A stretch of DNA of 32,000 nt from Escherichia coli (GTDB lineage: Bacteria; Pseudomonadota; Gammaproteobacteria; Enterobacterales; Enterobacteriaceae). The notes beneath the pieces were generated by a model. The model did not search any database. It saw only the letters and a list, made by a program, of their open reading frames with translations, and was not told the origin of the DNA. Position 1 is the stretch's first letter. Every line of letters begins with the position of its first letter. Shown here piece by piece: positions 11,058 through 20,447 of the stretch. The position numbers were made by a program, and so were the translations under genes. Where the stretch lies: NCBI RefSeq assembly GCF_019426265.1, contig NZ_CP066836.1. One strand, given 5' to 3'.

Positions 11058-11298
11058 ACCATTCCTCGCGCAGCTTACGCTGGTATTCGACACCATCTTC
11101 CTCACTCCCTTGCCAGATGCCAAAAGCACTGGCTCTTGCTGTTTGCGATTGATTTACCAGGTATTGATCTACCGCTTCCCGTAATAGCTCCGCACGAGGA
11201 AGATTACGCTGCACCTCGAGATCATCAAGTTGCTTAAACAACTCATTCGATAAATTGAGTAAAATTCTGCCCATATCTATACCTGCCAGAGAGTTCAT
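11056..11298 (-). CDS. yiiF: Ribbon-helix-helix (CopG/VapB-like) DNA-binding protein; start may be the internal ATG giving [12 protein letters not shown]...
   Basis: [39 protein letters not shown]... is an RHH domain. Adjacent to fdhE as yiiF is in E. coli. Confidence 0.82.
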   Translation of the reverse strand: MNSLAGIDMGRILLNLSNELFKQLDDLEVQRNLPRAELLREAVDQYLVNQSQTARASAFGIWQGSEEDGVEYQRKLREEW

Positions 11299-11389
11299 AA
11301 ATATCTCGCCAATATCATTTTTGAATCTATGGAGAGAAAAGTACCCTTGCCGAATCTTTAAAGAAAGCTTATTTACGCATCATTTTTTA

Positions 11390-11437
11390 TTTTTGCGAGG
11401 CGTTTTCCAGATATGATGTAACAGTTGCAGTTATTAT
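11390..11437 (-). repeat. Copy 1 of a conserved upstream repeat shared by yiiF and yiiE
   Basis: TTTTTGCGAGGCGTTTTCCAG (11390-11410), followed by a similar tail containing GTTGCAGTT. The same 21 nt occur at 11829-11849. Confidence 0.75.
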
Positions 11438-11516
11438 AAGTTCAAGTAAAACAGCCTTGTATTAATACCAGAATAAGGGCATCTGTTTTTTTATATTCAA
11501 GAATGAAAAATTTTTG

Positions 11517-11735
11517 TCATTCCTTATGCTCCTTACACTGATCATCAACACCAACTACCTCCCCCTTTTGCCTGCCACCCTTTGCTTTACGCACCGGGAA
11601 TTGCTGACGCTCCAGATATTGCTCTACCGCTTCGCGTAAAATTGCAGATCGTGAAACCTTACGCCAGCCCCGAAGCTTGTTCAGCCGTTTAATTGCCTCT
11701 TCTGATAAATGAAGAAAAACCGTATTCATCGCCAT
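11517..11735 (-). CDS. yiiE: Ribbon-helix-helix putative transcriptional regulator (72 aa)
   Basis: MAMNTVFLHLSEEAIKRLNKLRGWRKVSRSAILREAVEQYLERQQ... matches the E. coli YiiE RHH protein. Upstream of yiiF in the expected order. Confidence 0.82.
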   Translation of the reverse strand: MAMNTVFLHLSEEAIKRLNKLRGWRKVSRSAILREAVEQYLERQQFPVRKAKGGRQKGEVVGVDDQCKEHKE

Positions 11736-11828
11736 TACCACCACCTTACATATATTACTCATTAATGTATGTGCGAAAATTACGCCGGAAAATCATTTAA
11801 AAAAAGCGGATTTTTGCATGTTGTTTTG

Positions 11829-11877
11829 TTTTTGCGAGGCGTTTTCCAGAAATAATAAGAGCGTTGCAGTTGTTTCA
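11829..11877 (-). repeat. Copy 2 of the conserved upstream repeat (upstream of yiiE)
   Basis: TTTTTGCGAGGCGTTTTCCAG at 11829-11849 is identical to 11390-11410, followed by GCGTTGCAGTT. Confidence 0.75.
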
Positions 11878-12218
11878 TTTATTACTCAAAAATGGTTTAG
11901 TTATCGCCCAAGATGAGTTATGGGTGCTATGAATATATTATATTCAGGGATATTTATTTTTTGATTGGATCTTTATTTGCATAATCTGAATGGTGTACCC
12001 GAAAAACGTCAGCATCCTAACAGCACCAGGATTTAAGGTGAAATTTAACATCCATCACAGACCGTTCAATGCTGCCACCAACCGGTCTTTACTTGCTCGT
12101 CGTTATAATTTTGTGGGTAACAGTTCGGGAAACAAGGAATTCCTTCCGGAACACCCCTGACATCATCCGCTAGCATTGTCGTCAATCATCGGCGCGACGA
12201 TGAGTTTTTTTAATCGCA

Positions 12219-12301
12219 TCATAGGGTGGCAACGGTCAGCACGATACGGGTCATAGCAAAACTCCTGCACAGGCGGCCACTATGCCGCTTTCACAGGAGT
12301 T
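12219..12301 (-). other. Hairpin-sequestered short ORF (possible leader peptide or small RNA element)
   Basis: Minus strand: AACTCCTG...GCGGC-ATAGTG-GCCGC...CAGGAGTT hairpin (12301-12260) containing the GGAG Shine-Dalgarno of ATG ACC CGT ATC GTG CTG ACC GTT GCC ACC CTA TGA (12254-12219). Confidence 0.4.
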
Positions 12302-12430
12302 CTGAATGCTAGTGCTTTCTGTATGGCTTCGCTATGCCCCTCGCGGCTAAGCGCCTGCACACATCTCTCTTTGAATGTCATTTTTGCAATGCATTGTCCG
12401 AATTCTGATAATCCTAATGAGTTTTACCCG

Positions 12431-14245
12431 TCAGACTCCCATCCCTACGGTATACGAGCTAGATTCATGAATGAAATCGACATTTTTAAAAAACGAATCT
12501 TGTAAAACATCCGTGTTGATATTACCTTGCAACCCAACATTAAATTTGTTAGAGAGATGAAGAACTCGAATATCAAAAAGGTCTTTTAACATCATTAATT
12601 CTTTGGCTGTTAATGAATCGCAGTTAAAATATCCCTGTTGATCAAAAAGATTTTCTATTTCTCCATCATCGGCGAGGCGTTTTTCAAAGAGTGTTTGCAA
12701 CATCGAGTTGCCAAGGACAATGGATATCGTGCGATCTTTCGCAGATTTACACCCCATCACAACGGCAACATTCGTATCCCCCTCAGGAGTTTCATTTATC
12801 GCCGTCGATAAAATGGTGGTCAAACACGCAAACGGAACTGTATTTCTTTCGTGATTTAATTTATCTACCAGCTCATTCCATTTATCAAAAGCCGGGCGAT
12901 ATTTGTTGCGCACAGAAGCATCCAACTGGGTAAACAATTGAGCCATGCGATTTTTTATCATCTCGATATCCGGAGAACCAGAAAGACTTTGCGCATAATA
13001 CGGTCCTGATGATGTTGCATACATTAAAGCCGATCCCACGCCTGTCGCCATGATGGGCGCAGCTACGGTTTTGGCAAGGGCGACGCTGCGATGGCTATGC
13101 GCTTCACAGGCTAAAGGAACATATTCCACTGACTGCGGTAATTCCTTACATGCCTCCCTCATCATTGCGGTATGCTTTACAAACAACGGTTTTTCACTGC
13201 CCAAAAAAACTTTCTGCTTAATTGCACTAAGAAAACGTAAATCAAAAATGATTGTTTTTGGTTTATTATTTTTTGGCACATTTCCTATTATCCCGCTAAG
13301 AACCTTCCTTGCTGCATGGAGATTTTTTTGCACAGCACATAACACAATTGACGAAGCCTTCTCTACTGCGTTATTGATTTTAATTTTAAAATCTGCATGA
13401 TATACGTTGACGGGCAATGCAAGTATATCTTCCCCTACATCTTTGGCTGAGTATTTATTTGTGATCGACGGTCGTGAATCCACGAGAAAACTTAGCTGCA
13501 AATTATGCTCTATATTACCAGCTGTTTTTGTAGTGTGGTTAAACATAGAGATGCCACCTCTCATTCTTTCACACATATCCTCAACTTTTTCACTTCGTTC
13601 TTGTGGCAATTTGGCTTTAACGTTAATTTGATGATTTTTACCCGTGCATTCCTTAACTACAAGAGGAATGTTATCTAAAGTGCCATACAGGCTAATAACG
13701 TCACCAGGATTTTTATCATGTAAGTAAGTTTGATTAATACTCGAAGCATTCACAAAGAGGTCAATATTATAACTGTTTATAACTTCACCTACATCAAATG
13801 TGTAGTGCTTACTCTGGAGGCTGCCATCCTTATTTAATTGTATATCAATCAATATATCCCCGGACTTTGTCACCATATCTTTGCCATAAACCATTTGCAT
13901 AGCCATTTCGAGGAGATTTTTATCTAACTGATTGCGGGCGTTGAGTAAGCGACTACCAAATAATTTATATACTGTTCCCGTCATTGCCAGCGCTGCACTT
14001 TCTGGTACTTTGCGTTTCCACAGTGAGGTTTCTTTATTTTTAAACAGGTCATATTTATTATTACTCGACAACCCGAGTTTAAGTTCGTTAACACAATCGC
14101 ACAGTTGCTCCTCACCTTCCATTTTAAGGCGATGTGAAAAATCATTTAATAGCGTTTGCTTCGGTGATTCATTACTCATTAGTTGTTTTTCTAAATTAAC
14201 AATAGAATAACTTTCTTGTTTAATGAGATTAATATTGGCAACCAT
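12431..14245 (-). CDS. Putative phosphoinositide phosphatase / effector-like protein with CX5R loop CKSAKDRT (604 aa)
   Basis: Long ORF in AT-rich DNA with strong SD (GGAAGGAGG-5 nt-ATG at 14245). The catalytic loop GCKSAKDRT is encoded at 12728-12751 (active Cys at codon 499 of 604). The P-loop resembles SopB/SigD/IpgD (CKSGKDRT) and eukaryotic INPP4 (CKSAKDRT). The ORF track extends in frame to 14284. Confidence 0.65.
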   Translation of the reverse strand: MVANINLIKQESYSIVNLEKQLMSNESPKQTLLNDFSHRLKMEGEEQLCDCVNELKLGLSSNNKYDLFKNKETSLWKRKVPESAALAMTGTVYKLFGSRLLNARNQLDKNLLEMAMQMVYGKDMVTKSGDILIDIQLNKDGSLQSKHYTFDVGEVINSYNIDLFVNASSINQTYLHDKNPGDVISLYGTLDNIPLVVKECTGKNHQINVKAKLPQERSEKVEDMCERMRGGISMFNHTTKTAGNIEHNLQLSFLVDSRPSITNKYSAKDVGEDILALPVNVYHADFKIKINNAVEKASSIVLCAVQKNLHAARKVLSGIIGNVPKNNKPKTIIFDLRFLSAIKQKVFLGSEKPLFVKHTAMMREACKELPQSVEYVPLACEAHSHRSVALAKTVAAPIMATGVGSALMYATSSGPYYAQSLSGSPDIEMIKNRMAQLFTQLDASVRNKYRPAFDKWNELVDKLNHERNTVPFACLTTILSTAINETPEGDTNVAVVMGCKSAKDRTISIVLGNSMLQTLFEKRLADDGEIENLFDQQGYFNCDSLTAKELMMLKDLFDIRVLHLSNKFNVGLQGNINTDVLQDSFFKNVDFIHESSSYTVGMGV

Positions 14246-14631
14246 TACAGCCTCCTTCCCACGGTTTAAGAGCAAACATGCCACATAATTATTTACAACA
14301 TCCAGAAGCAGTAAATGAATGATACTGACAATGACGCCAATCCATTATCTTTGCATAATGTTTGTTAGCTATAGATTTTAAAAATATTTATGAGAAAAGT
14401 ATGGCACCAGAGGGGGTTTTGACTATCAAAAATCGCTCAAACATGAACTAAGATGATGAATTAAGCATTATCAGCGATAATTGCCACTCAGCTCTACAAA
14501 TAATATTTAAATGCTCCTGAACAGTGATGTAGCAAGACACGTATGGTGCCAACGAAGAATAAAAATTTATAGAGTTCTTATTCAATATAACCGGAATAGT
14601 CAGAGACTGAAGTAAATGACCTGAAAGAATG

Positions 14632-14656
14632 AGAGAGGCAGCACCGCCCCTCTCCA
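14632..14656 (-). terminator. Possible terminator hairpin after fabY
   Basis: GGAGAGGGGCGGTGCTGCCTCTCTC (minus strand) forms a GC-rich hairpin just past the fabY stop. The T-tract is weak. Confidence 0.45.
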
Positions 14657-14660
14657 TCAG

Positions 14661-15650
14661 CTACTCTTCTTCGTTCCCGCCCTCTTCATACGGGCCAAAT
14701 GGCTTCGCGGGCAGAACGATATACGTGCCTTCAAACACTGCACCCAGCGTCTCGTCGCCAAAGATTTCGACCTGCATTTGTACCCGCGCTTTGCGCCCGC
14801 GCGCCAGACGGTCGAGATCGCCGCTTAAGGCACCGAGGTCGGCTACCGCATGAGGTTTACCGCTAATCGGCTTGCTGTAGCGGATATGCGCATCCGCAAG
14901 AATAATCGTTCCGCCGAGGTGCCGTTCACGCAGCATCAGCCAGATAAGCCCCCAACCGGTGAGCGTCGCCAGTGAGAATAAACTCCCGGCAAACAACGTG
15001 TGGTGCGGATTCTGATTGCCGGTTTCCGGCATGGTGGTGATAAATTTTTGCCCGGTATATTGCTGAATGCGCACGCCCATTTTTTCACTTAGCGGGATAT
15101 GTTCGTACCACGCCTGTTGCAGCTGCGCGCACCAGTCGCCGCGATGCAGAATGTCATCCAGAGTGGCGACAGGTTTTATCATCAAAAAATGGCGAATCGG
15201 CGTGGTGGTTGGCGTGGTGATCTCCCCTTGATTGACAAACCCCAGCTTGGCGAAAAACTCCACCGCGTCTTCACGGGCGCTACAGGTCACGCGCTTAACG
15301 CCTTCCTGACGCGCCACCGACTCCAGGGTCATCGCCATCAGCGTTCCTAACCCTTTGTCCTGCACGTCGGGATGAACGGCCATAAAGCGAATGGACGCTT
15401 CATTGTCGGCATTAATATACAGTCGGCCTACCGCCACCAGATTACCCTGCTCGTCGACGACCATCTGGTGATGCGCCATCGCATCCCACGCGTCGCGTTC
15501 CGAACCTTTCGGTTGATGCAGGGGCTTACGCAACATTTCCCAGCGAAACTGATAGTAACGCTCTAATTCTTCTTCTGTTTGTGGAACCCGAAGGTGATAC
15601 ATAGCGATACTCTCTCTTGTTTCCCGTGACAACCCTGGAAGCTGGCTCAT
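14661..15650 (-). CDS. fabY: FabY / YiiD: N-terminal GNAT domain fused to thioesterase-like domain (329 aa)
   Basis: Matches the E. coli YiiD sequence. Overlaps dtd as in K-12. Confidence 0.93.
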
Positions 15651-16084
15651 ACCTGCAACCAGAATGTCACGGGGCCATCATTGACCAGCGATACCTGCAT
15701 ATCCGCAGCGAAGCGTCCTGTTTGCGTGTTCATCTCTTGCTGACGGCAGCGTTCGACGAAATAGTCATATAACGCCTCTGCGCGATCCGGTGATGCACCT
15801 TTGGAGAAACTTGGACGCATCCCCCGTTCGGTATCTGCGGCAAGGGTAAACTGGGAAACCACCAGTACACTGCCGCCCGCCTGTTGCACGTTGAGATTCA
15901 TCTTGCCTTCGGCATCGCTAAAGATGCGGTAGCCGAGCACACGCTCGCACAGACGGTTTGCTTTCTGTTCGTCGTCATCCTTTTCGACACCCAATAACAC
16001 CAAAAGTCCCGCGCCAATTTCGCCCGTCACTTCTCCCTCCACGGTGACGCTGGCACGGGTTACGCGTTGAATTAATGCAATCAT
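15647..16084 (-). CDS. dtd: D-aminoacyl-tRNA deacylase (145 aa)
   Basis: [24 protein letters not shown]... is the canonical Dtd. Confidence 0.96.
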
Positions 16085-16953
16085 GGTTCGTCGTCTTCTT
16101 CTTGTTCAGCAGCTTGTTTTAATTTGCGGTATTCCCCGAGAGTGACAGTAATTTCCGCGCCAAGCAAGACGATACACCATGTCCAGTAGACCCAAACAAA
16201 GAGAATGGGGATCACCGCCAGCACGCCGTAAATGAGCTGATATGACGGGAACATGGTGATATAAAGCGCGAAACCTTTCTTTCCTGCTTCGAACAGGAGT
16301 GCAGCGACAAACGCGCCGACAATCGCGTCGCGGTTAGGTACGCGGATGGTAGGAACAATGCTGTACAGCAACCAGAAGGAGATCCACGACAACAGCAGCG
16401 GAAAAATACGCAGCACGTTGTCGATGACAGTATTGAGATCGCTCGCCCAGCGCAGGGAGAGCAAATAGGAACTGATCGCCAGACTGGCCCCTGCCAGCAG
16501 CGGCCCCAGCGTTAAAATCATCCAGTACACGGCGAACGAGTAAATTTTTGGTCGAGCTCGTTTACTGCGCCAGATGGTATTCAACGCGCTATCGATGGAG
16601 TACATCAACAATAACGCGGTGACGATCAGCCCGCACGCCCCAACGGCGGTCATCTTGTTGGAATTGGCAACAAATTGTTCGATATACCGCTGAATAACAT
16701 CGCCAGTAGCAGGCAGAAAGTTGGCAAAAATAAAGTGACGCAACTGAATGCTGACGTCGGAAAACATGGGAAAAGCGGCGAAAAGCGCAAAAACAACGGC
16801 AACCAGCGGCACTAATGAGAGCAACGACACATAGGCAAGGTTACCTGCCAAGGTAGTCATGTTGTCCTCATCAATGCGTTGCCAGAGTAGTTTTAGCCAG
16901 GCCCATAGTGGACGGGTACGGTGCCTGGCTTTGTCCTGAATGGTTTTTAGCAT
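16081..16953 (-). CDS. yihY: YihY/BrkB-family inner membrane protein (290 aa)
   Basis: Matches YihY, polytopic. Overlaps dtd and yihX. Confidence 0.94.
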
Positions 16954-17546
16954 AACACCTTCGCGAAATAGCCCGGGATGGTGGTTTTATCTTTCACCAG
17001 AATGCTGGTAATGCCTAGCTGATTAGCTCCTTCTATATTATCGGCGTTATCGTCGAAAAAGACCGTATCGCTGGGTGAAAAACCTTCCGCCTGCAAAACA
17101 TGCTGGTAAATTCGTGCTTCAGGTTTGCGCATCCCCAGATCTTGCGACAGATAGATATGGTCAGCAGCATCACGAATTTCCGGGTATTCTTCCGGCCAGA
17201 AGGTGGTATGCAGGCGGTTGGTATTGGAAAGCACCACCACGCGATGCCCCTGCTCACGCAGTTTATGCATGATGGCGATCACTTCCGGGCGCAGCGCAAC
17301 AAACACCGCCTGCCAGCCGTGAGAGAACTGCTCATAGCTTAGCGGTAGAGCCATCTCATGACACAGCGCCTCTGCGAACGCTTCGTCGCTAATTTCCCCA
17401 CGCTCATGCTGATGAAACGCCTCGCCCATGTGGAAACTCTTCTTAAGCGTAGCCAGTGGAACACGCGTTAAATCGCTCCAGGCACCCAGCACACGGTTAA
17501 AGTCGATATCGACAATCACATTACCTAAATCAAAGATATAGAGCAT
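16947..17546 (-). CDS. yihX: HAD-superfamily alpha-D-glucose-1-phosphate phosphatase (199 aa)
   Basis: [20 protein letters not shown]... matches YihX. The ORF track extends to 17567, but the ATG at 17546 is the familiar start. Confidence 0.94.
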
Positions 17547-17644
17547 TTTTGCCTCCTTTCGCGCCACAAGAAATTAACTGTAGCGGGAAAGGATAGGTTT
17601 GGCTATGTGGTCAGGTATGAAGCAAGGTCAACGGTCACAAAATT

Positions 17645-18430
17645 CTACGCGTCTTCCTGGGGAAGGATGATTTCAATTTGGCTGTCTTGTAAGCGTGATT
17701 TTAGCGCAGCGGGCGGCAGCTCGTCGGTAAAGAGCGCAGTGACCTGTGCCACGTTACCAATTTCAACCGCCGCCGAAGCATGATACTTAGTGTGATCGGC
17801 GACCAGCAGAATATTTCTCGCGTGCGCCATCATCGTTTTCACCACGTTAGCTTCGTTTACATCAAACTCCATCAACGCGCCATCGCTCTCAATCGCCCCA
17901 ACGCTTGTTACCAGATAATCAGCACGAAAATCAGCCACAAAGGACGCCGCTGAAGGGCCAATGATCCCGCTATTATGAGAGCGCAACGTACCGCCGGGCA
18001 CCATCACTTCAAAGCGCGGGTTGTGGTAAAGAATATGCGCCACACGCAGGCTGTTGGTGATTATCCGCAAATGATTGTGGTTAAGTAACGCCCGGGCGAC
18101 ATGTTCAACGGTCGTACCAATGGTGATAAATATTGTTGAACCATCAGGAATATAGTCTGCCACCGCTTCGGCAATCGCTTTTTTCTCTTCAGTTTGCGAA
18201 ACCTCACGCTGCTCAAACGCCGTATTAACGACGCTGGAGGCCCGACCCGCGCCACCGTGATGGCGCGTGATCAGCCCTTGCTCGCTTAATTTACGAATAT
18301 CCCGGCGGACCGTCTGCGTGGAGACATCCAGCAGATTTGCCAGCTCATCAATATTCATATACCCACGCTCGGCGATCAGCATGAGGAGTTGGTCGTGCCG
18401 CGGGTTACCGGTTAGTTCGGTAAGGCTCAT
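17645..18430 (-). CDS. csqR: DeoR-family regulator of sulfoquinovose catabolism (CsqR / YihW), 261 aa from MSLTELTG
   Basis: DeoR-type HTH (NIDELANLLDVSTQTVRRDIRKL) and C-terminal sensor domain. Position next to yihV. Confidence 0.94.
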   Translation of the reverse strand: MSLTELTGNPRHDQLLMLIAERGYMNIDELANLLDVSTQTVRRDIRKLSEQGLITRHHGGAGRASSVVNTAFEQREVSQTEEKKAIAEAVADYIPDGSTIFITIGTTVEHVARALLNHNHLRIITNSLRVAHILYHNPRFEVMVPGGTLRSHNSGIIGPSAASFVADFRADYLVTSVGAIESDGALMEFDVNEANVVKTMMAHARNILLVADHTKYHASAAVEIGNVAQVTALFTDELPPAALKSRLQDSQIEIILPQEDA

Positions 18431-18462
18431 GAAAATTCCTCGAAAAACCATCACCCTGGCAT

Positions 18463-19360
18463 TTTATACAAAAAGTGACAAAAAAGATCGGGTTTGATCA
18501 CAGTCAGGGATCCCGGCTCGTCCACCGGGACGCGTGCATTTCAACGCCGCTACACCGCTGGCGAAGCGGACTGACTCCGCTAAATCCCCATCTGTTGCCA
18601 GCGCCACCGCCAATGCGCCGTGAAAAACATCACCCGCACCGGTGGTATCTACCACATCAACTTTGAAGGCCGGTTGATGTTGACGTCCGCCATTTTCCAG
18701 CCAGTCACAGCCGGCACTCCCCTGGGTCACATAGACATGACCATTTGTGAGCGTTTGTGCCTGTTTTAGCGCACTGGCCATCTCTTTCACGCCCGTTAAG
18801 CGCGCCAGACCCGGTTCTGAAAAGGCCGCGTGATCGCTTAATGCCACCAGCTCGCTGATATCCTGCGGCGTAATGTCCCCGTCCAGAACAGTCATCACGC
18901 CCGCCTGCCGGGCCAGAGTGAAGGCTTTTTTAGCACCGTCGTGCCAGCGTACATCTGCCAGCACAACATCCCACTGAGAGAAATCAATTTCCTCCAACCA
19001 CTCTGCGTCAGGCAGCAGATCCGGGCTGGGGTAGTTAATGATTATCCGCTCGCCTTTGGCATCCACCATGATGGCGGATTGCGAAGATTTCGCCTGGTTA
19101 TACCGTTTGGTGTAACGGGTGTTAACGCCCCAGGATTCCAGCTCTGCCAGCAGGCTGTTGCCCGTGTCGTCATCACCTACGCGACCAATAAAATCAACCT
19201 GCGCCCCCAGCCTTGCCGCCGCAACCGCTGCCGTCGCCGCTGGCCCGCCACCAACTTCCGTATAATTTCTCGCCACGTATTTACCGCTCTCCGTCGGTAA
19301 TCCTTCCACGTAATAAATACGATCCATCACGGTAATACCTACACAAGCAACACGAATCAT
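18463..19360 (-). CDS. yihV: 6-deoxy-6-sulfofructose kinase (298 aa, PfkB family)
   Basis: MIRVACVGITVMDRIYYVEGL... matches YihV, with the PfkB GAGDVFHGA motif. The ORF ends at the TGA codon at about 18464. Confidence 0.95.
18470..18479 (+). promoter_or_regulatory. AAAAAGTGAC motif, candidate CsqR operator half (csqR-yihV interval)
   Basis: The exact 10-mer recurs at 19414-19423 and 19495-19504 in the yihV-yihU intergenic region. Confidence 0.4.
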
Positions 19361-19413
19361 GGTCATTCCTTAAGCATTTTGGGATGCGTTCATTTTAATT
19401 TCACCAATTGTTT

Positions 19414-19504
19414 AAAAAGTGACGGCTGTCAATTTTTTGACGATAAATTACAAATACGATCAAAAACAGACAAGCAAAGCATGTCATAAATGACAAAAAG
19501 TGAC
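19414..19504. promoter_or_regulatory. Divergent yihV/yihU control region with candidate CsqR sites
   Basis: Two copies of AAAAAGTGAC (19414-19423, 19495-19504) and palindrome TGTCAT-AA-ATGACA (19482-19495) between divergent yihV and yihU. Confidence 0.5.
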
Positions 19505-19527
19505 ATCACTGTATTCAGGAGAGGGTT

Positions 19528-20424
19528 ATGGCAGCAATCGCGTTTATCGGTTTAGGACAAATGGGTTCGCCAATGGCGAGCAATTTATTGCAGCAAGGGC
19601 ATCAACTTCGCGTCTTTGATGTGAACGCCGAAGCTGTGCGGCATCTGGTAGACAAAGGTGCGACTCCCGCCGCCAACCCGGCGCAGGCCGCTAAAGATGC
19701 CGAATTTATCATTACCATGTTGCCGAATGGCGATCTGGTGCGCAGCGTGTTGTTCGGTGAAAACGGCGTTTGCGAAAGCTTATCTACCGATGCGCTGGTC
19801 ATCGATATGTCGACCATCCACCCGCTGCAAACCGATAAATTGATTGCCGATATGCAAGCCAAAGGCTTCAGCATGATGGATGTTCCGGTAGGCCGTACTT
19901 CTGCAAATGCCATTACCGGTACTCTGTTACTGCTGGCTGGCGGCACCGCTGAACAAGTTGAACGCGCCACACCGATCCTGATGGCGATGGGCAGTGAGTT
20001 GATCAACGCGGGCGGTCCGGGCATGGGGATCCGCGTTAAGCTCATCAACAACTACATGAGCATCGCGCTCAATGCGCTTTCGGCAGAAGCCGCTGTTTTG
20101 TGCGAAGCCCTGAATCTTCCCTTCGATGTTGCCGTCAAGGTGATGAGCGGCACCGCCGCCGGTAAAGGCCACTTCACCACTTCCTGGCCAAACAAAGTCC
20201 TCAGCGGGGATCTTTCTCCCGCCTTCATGATCGATCTTGCCCATAAGGATCTTGGTATCGCCCTTGATGTCGCCAACCAGCTGCATGTGCCAATGCCGCT
20301 GGGGGCCGCCTCACGGGAGGTTTATAGCCAGGCGCGCGCAGCGGGTCGCGGTCGCCAGGACTGGTCCGCCATTCTGGAACAGGTCCGTGTCAGTGCCGGG
20401 ATGACTGCCAAAGTAAAAATGTAA
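19528..20424 (+). CDS. yihU: Sulfolactaldehyde reductase (298 aa)
   Basis: Matches YihU, with beta-hydroxyacid dehydrogenase motif [15 protein letters not shown]. Confidence 0.96.
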   Translation: MAAIAFIGLGQMGSPMASNLLQQGHQLRVFDVNAEAVRHLVDKGATPAANPAQAAKDAEFIITMLPNGDLVRSVLFGENGVCESLSTDALVIDMSTIHPLQTDKLIADMQAKGFSMMDVPVGRTSANAITGTLLLLAGGTAEQVERATPILMAMGSELINAGGPGMGIRVKLINNYMSIALNALSAEAAVLCEALNLPFDVAVKVMSGTAAGKGHFTTSWPNKVLSGDLSPAFMIDLAHKDLGIALDVANQLHVPMPLGAASREVYSQARAAGRGRQDWSAILEQVRVSAGMTAKVKM

Positions 20425-20447
20425 CGACTGGATAAAGGAATAAATGA

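Noticed and set aside
12060-12301. Retron or CRISPR-like array
   Set aside because: Inverted repeats exist, but there is no reverse transcriptase, Cas gene or regularly spaced direct repeat nearby.
12323-12505. 60-aa plus-strand ORF between the structured element and the phosphatase gene
   Set aside because: Overlaps the 3' end of the phosphatase ORF antisense, with no family-like features or RBS.
14448-14657. 69-aa minus-strand ORF MERGGAASLILSG... upstream of the phosphatase gene
   Set aside because: Starts inside the hairpin after fabY with no credible RBS; looks like chance in AT-rich intergenic DNA.
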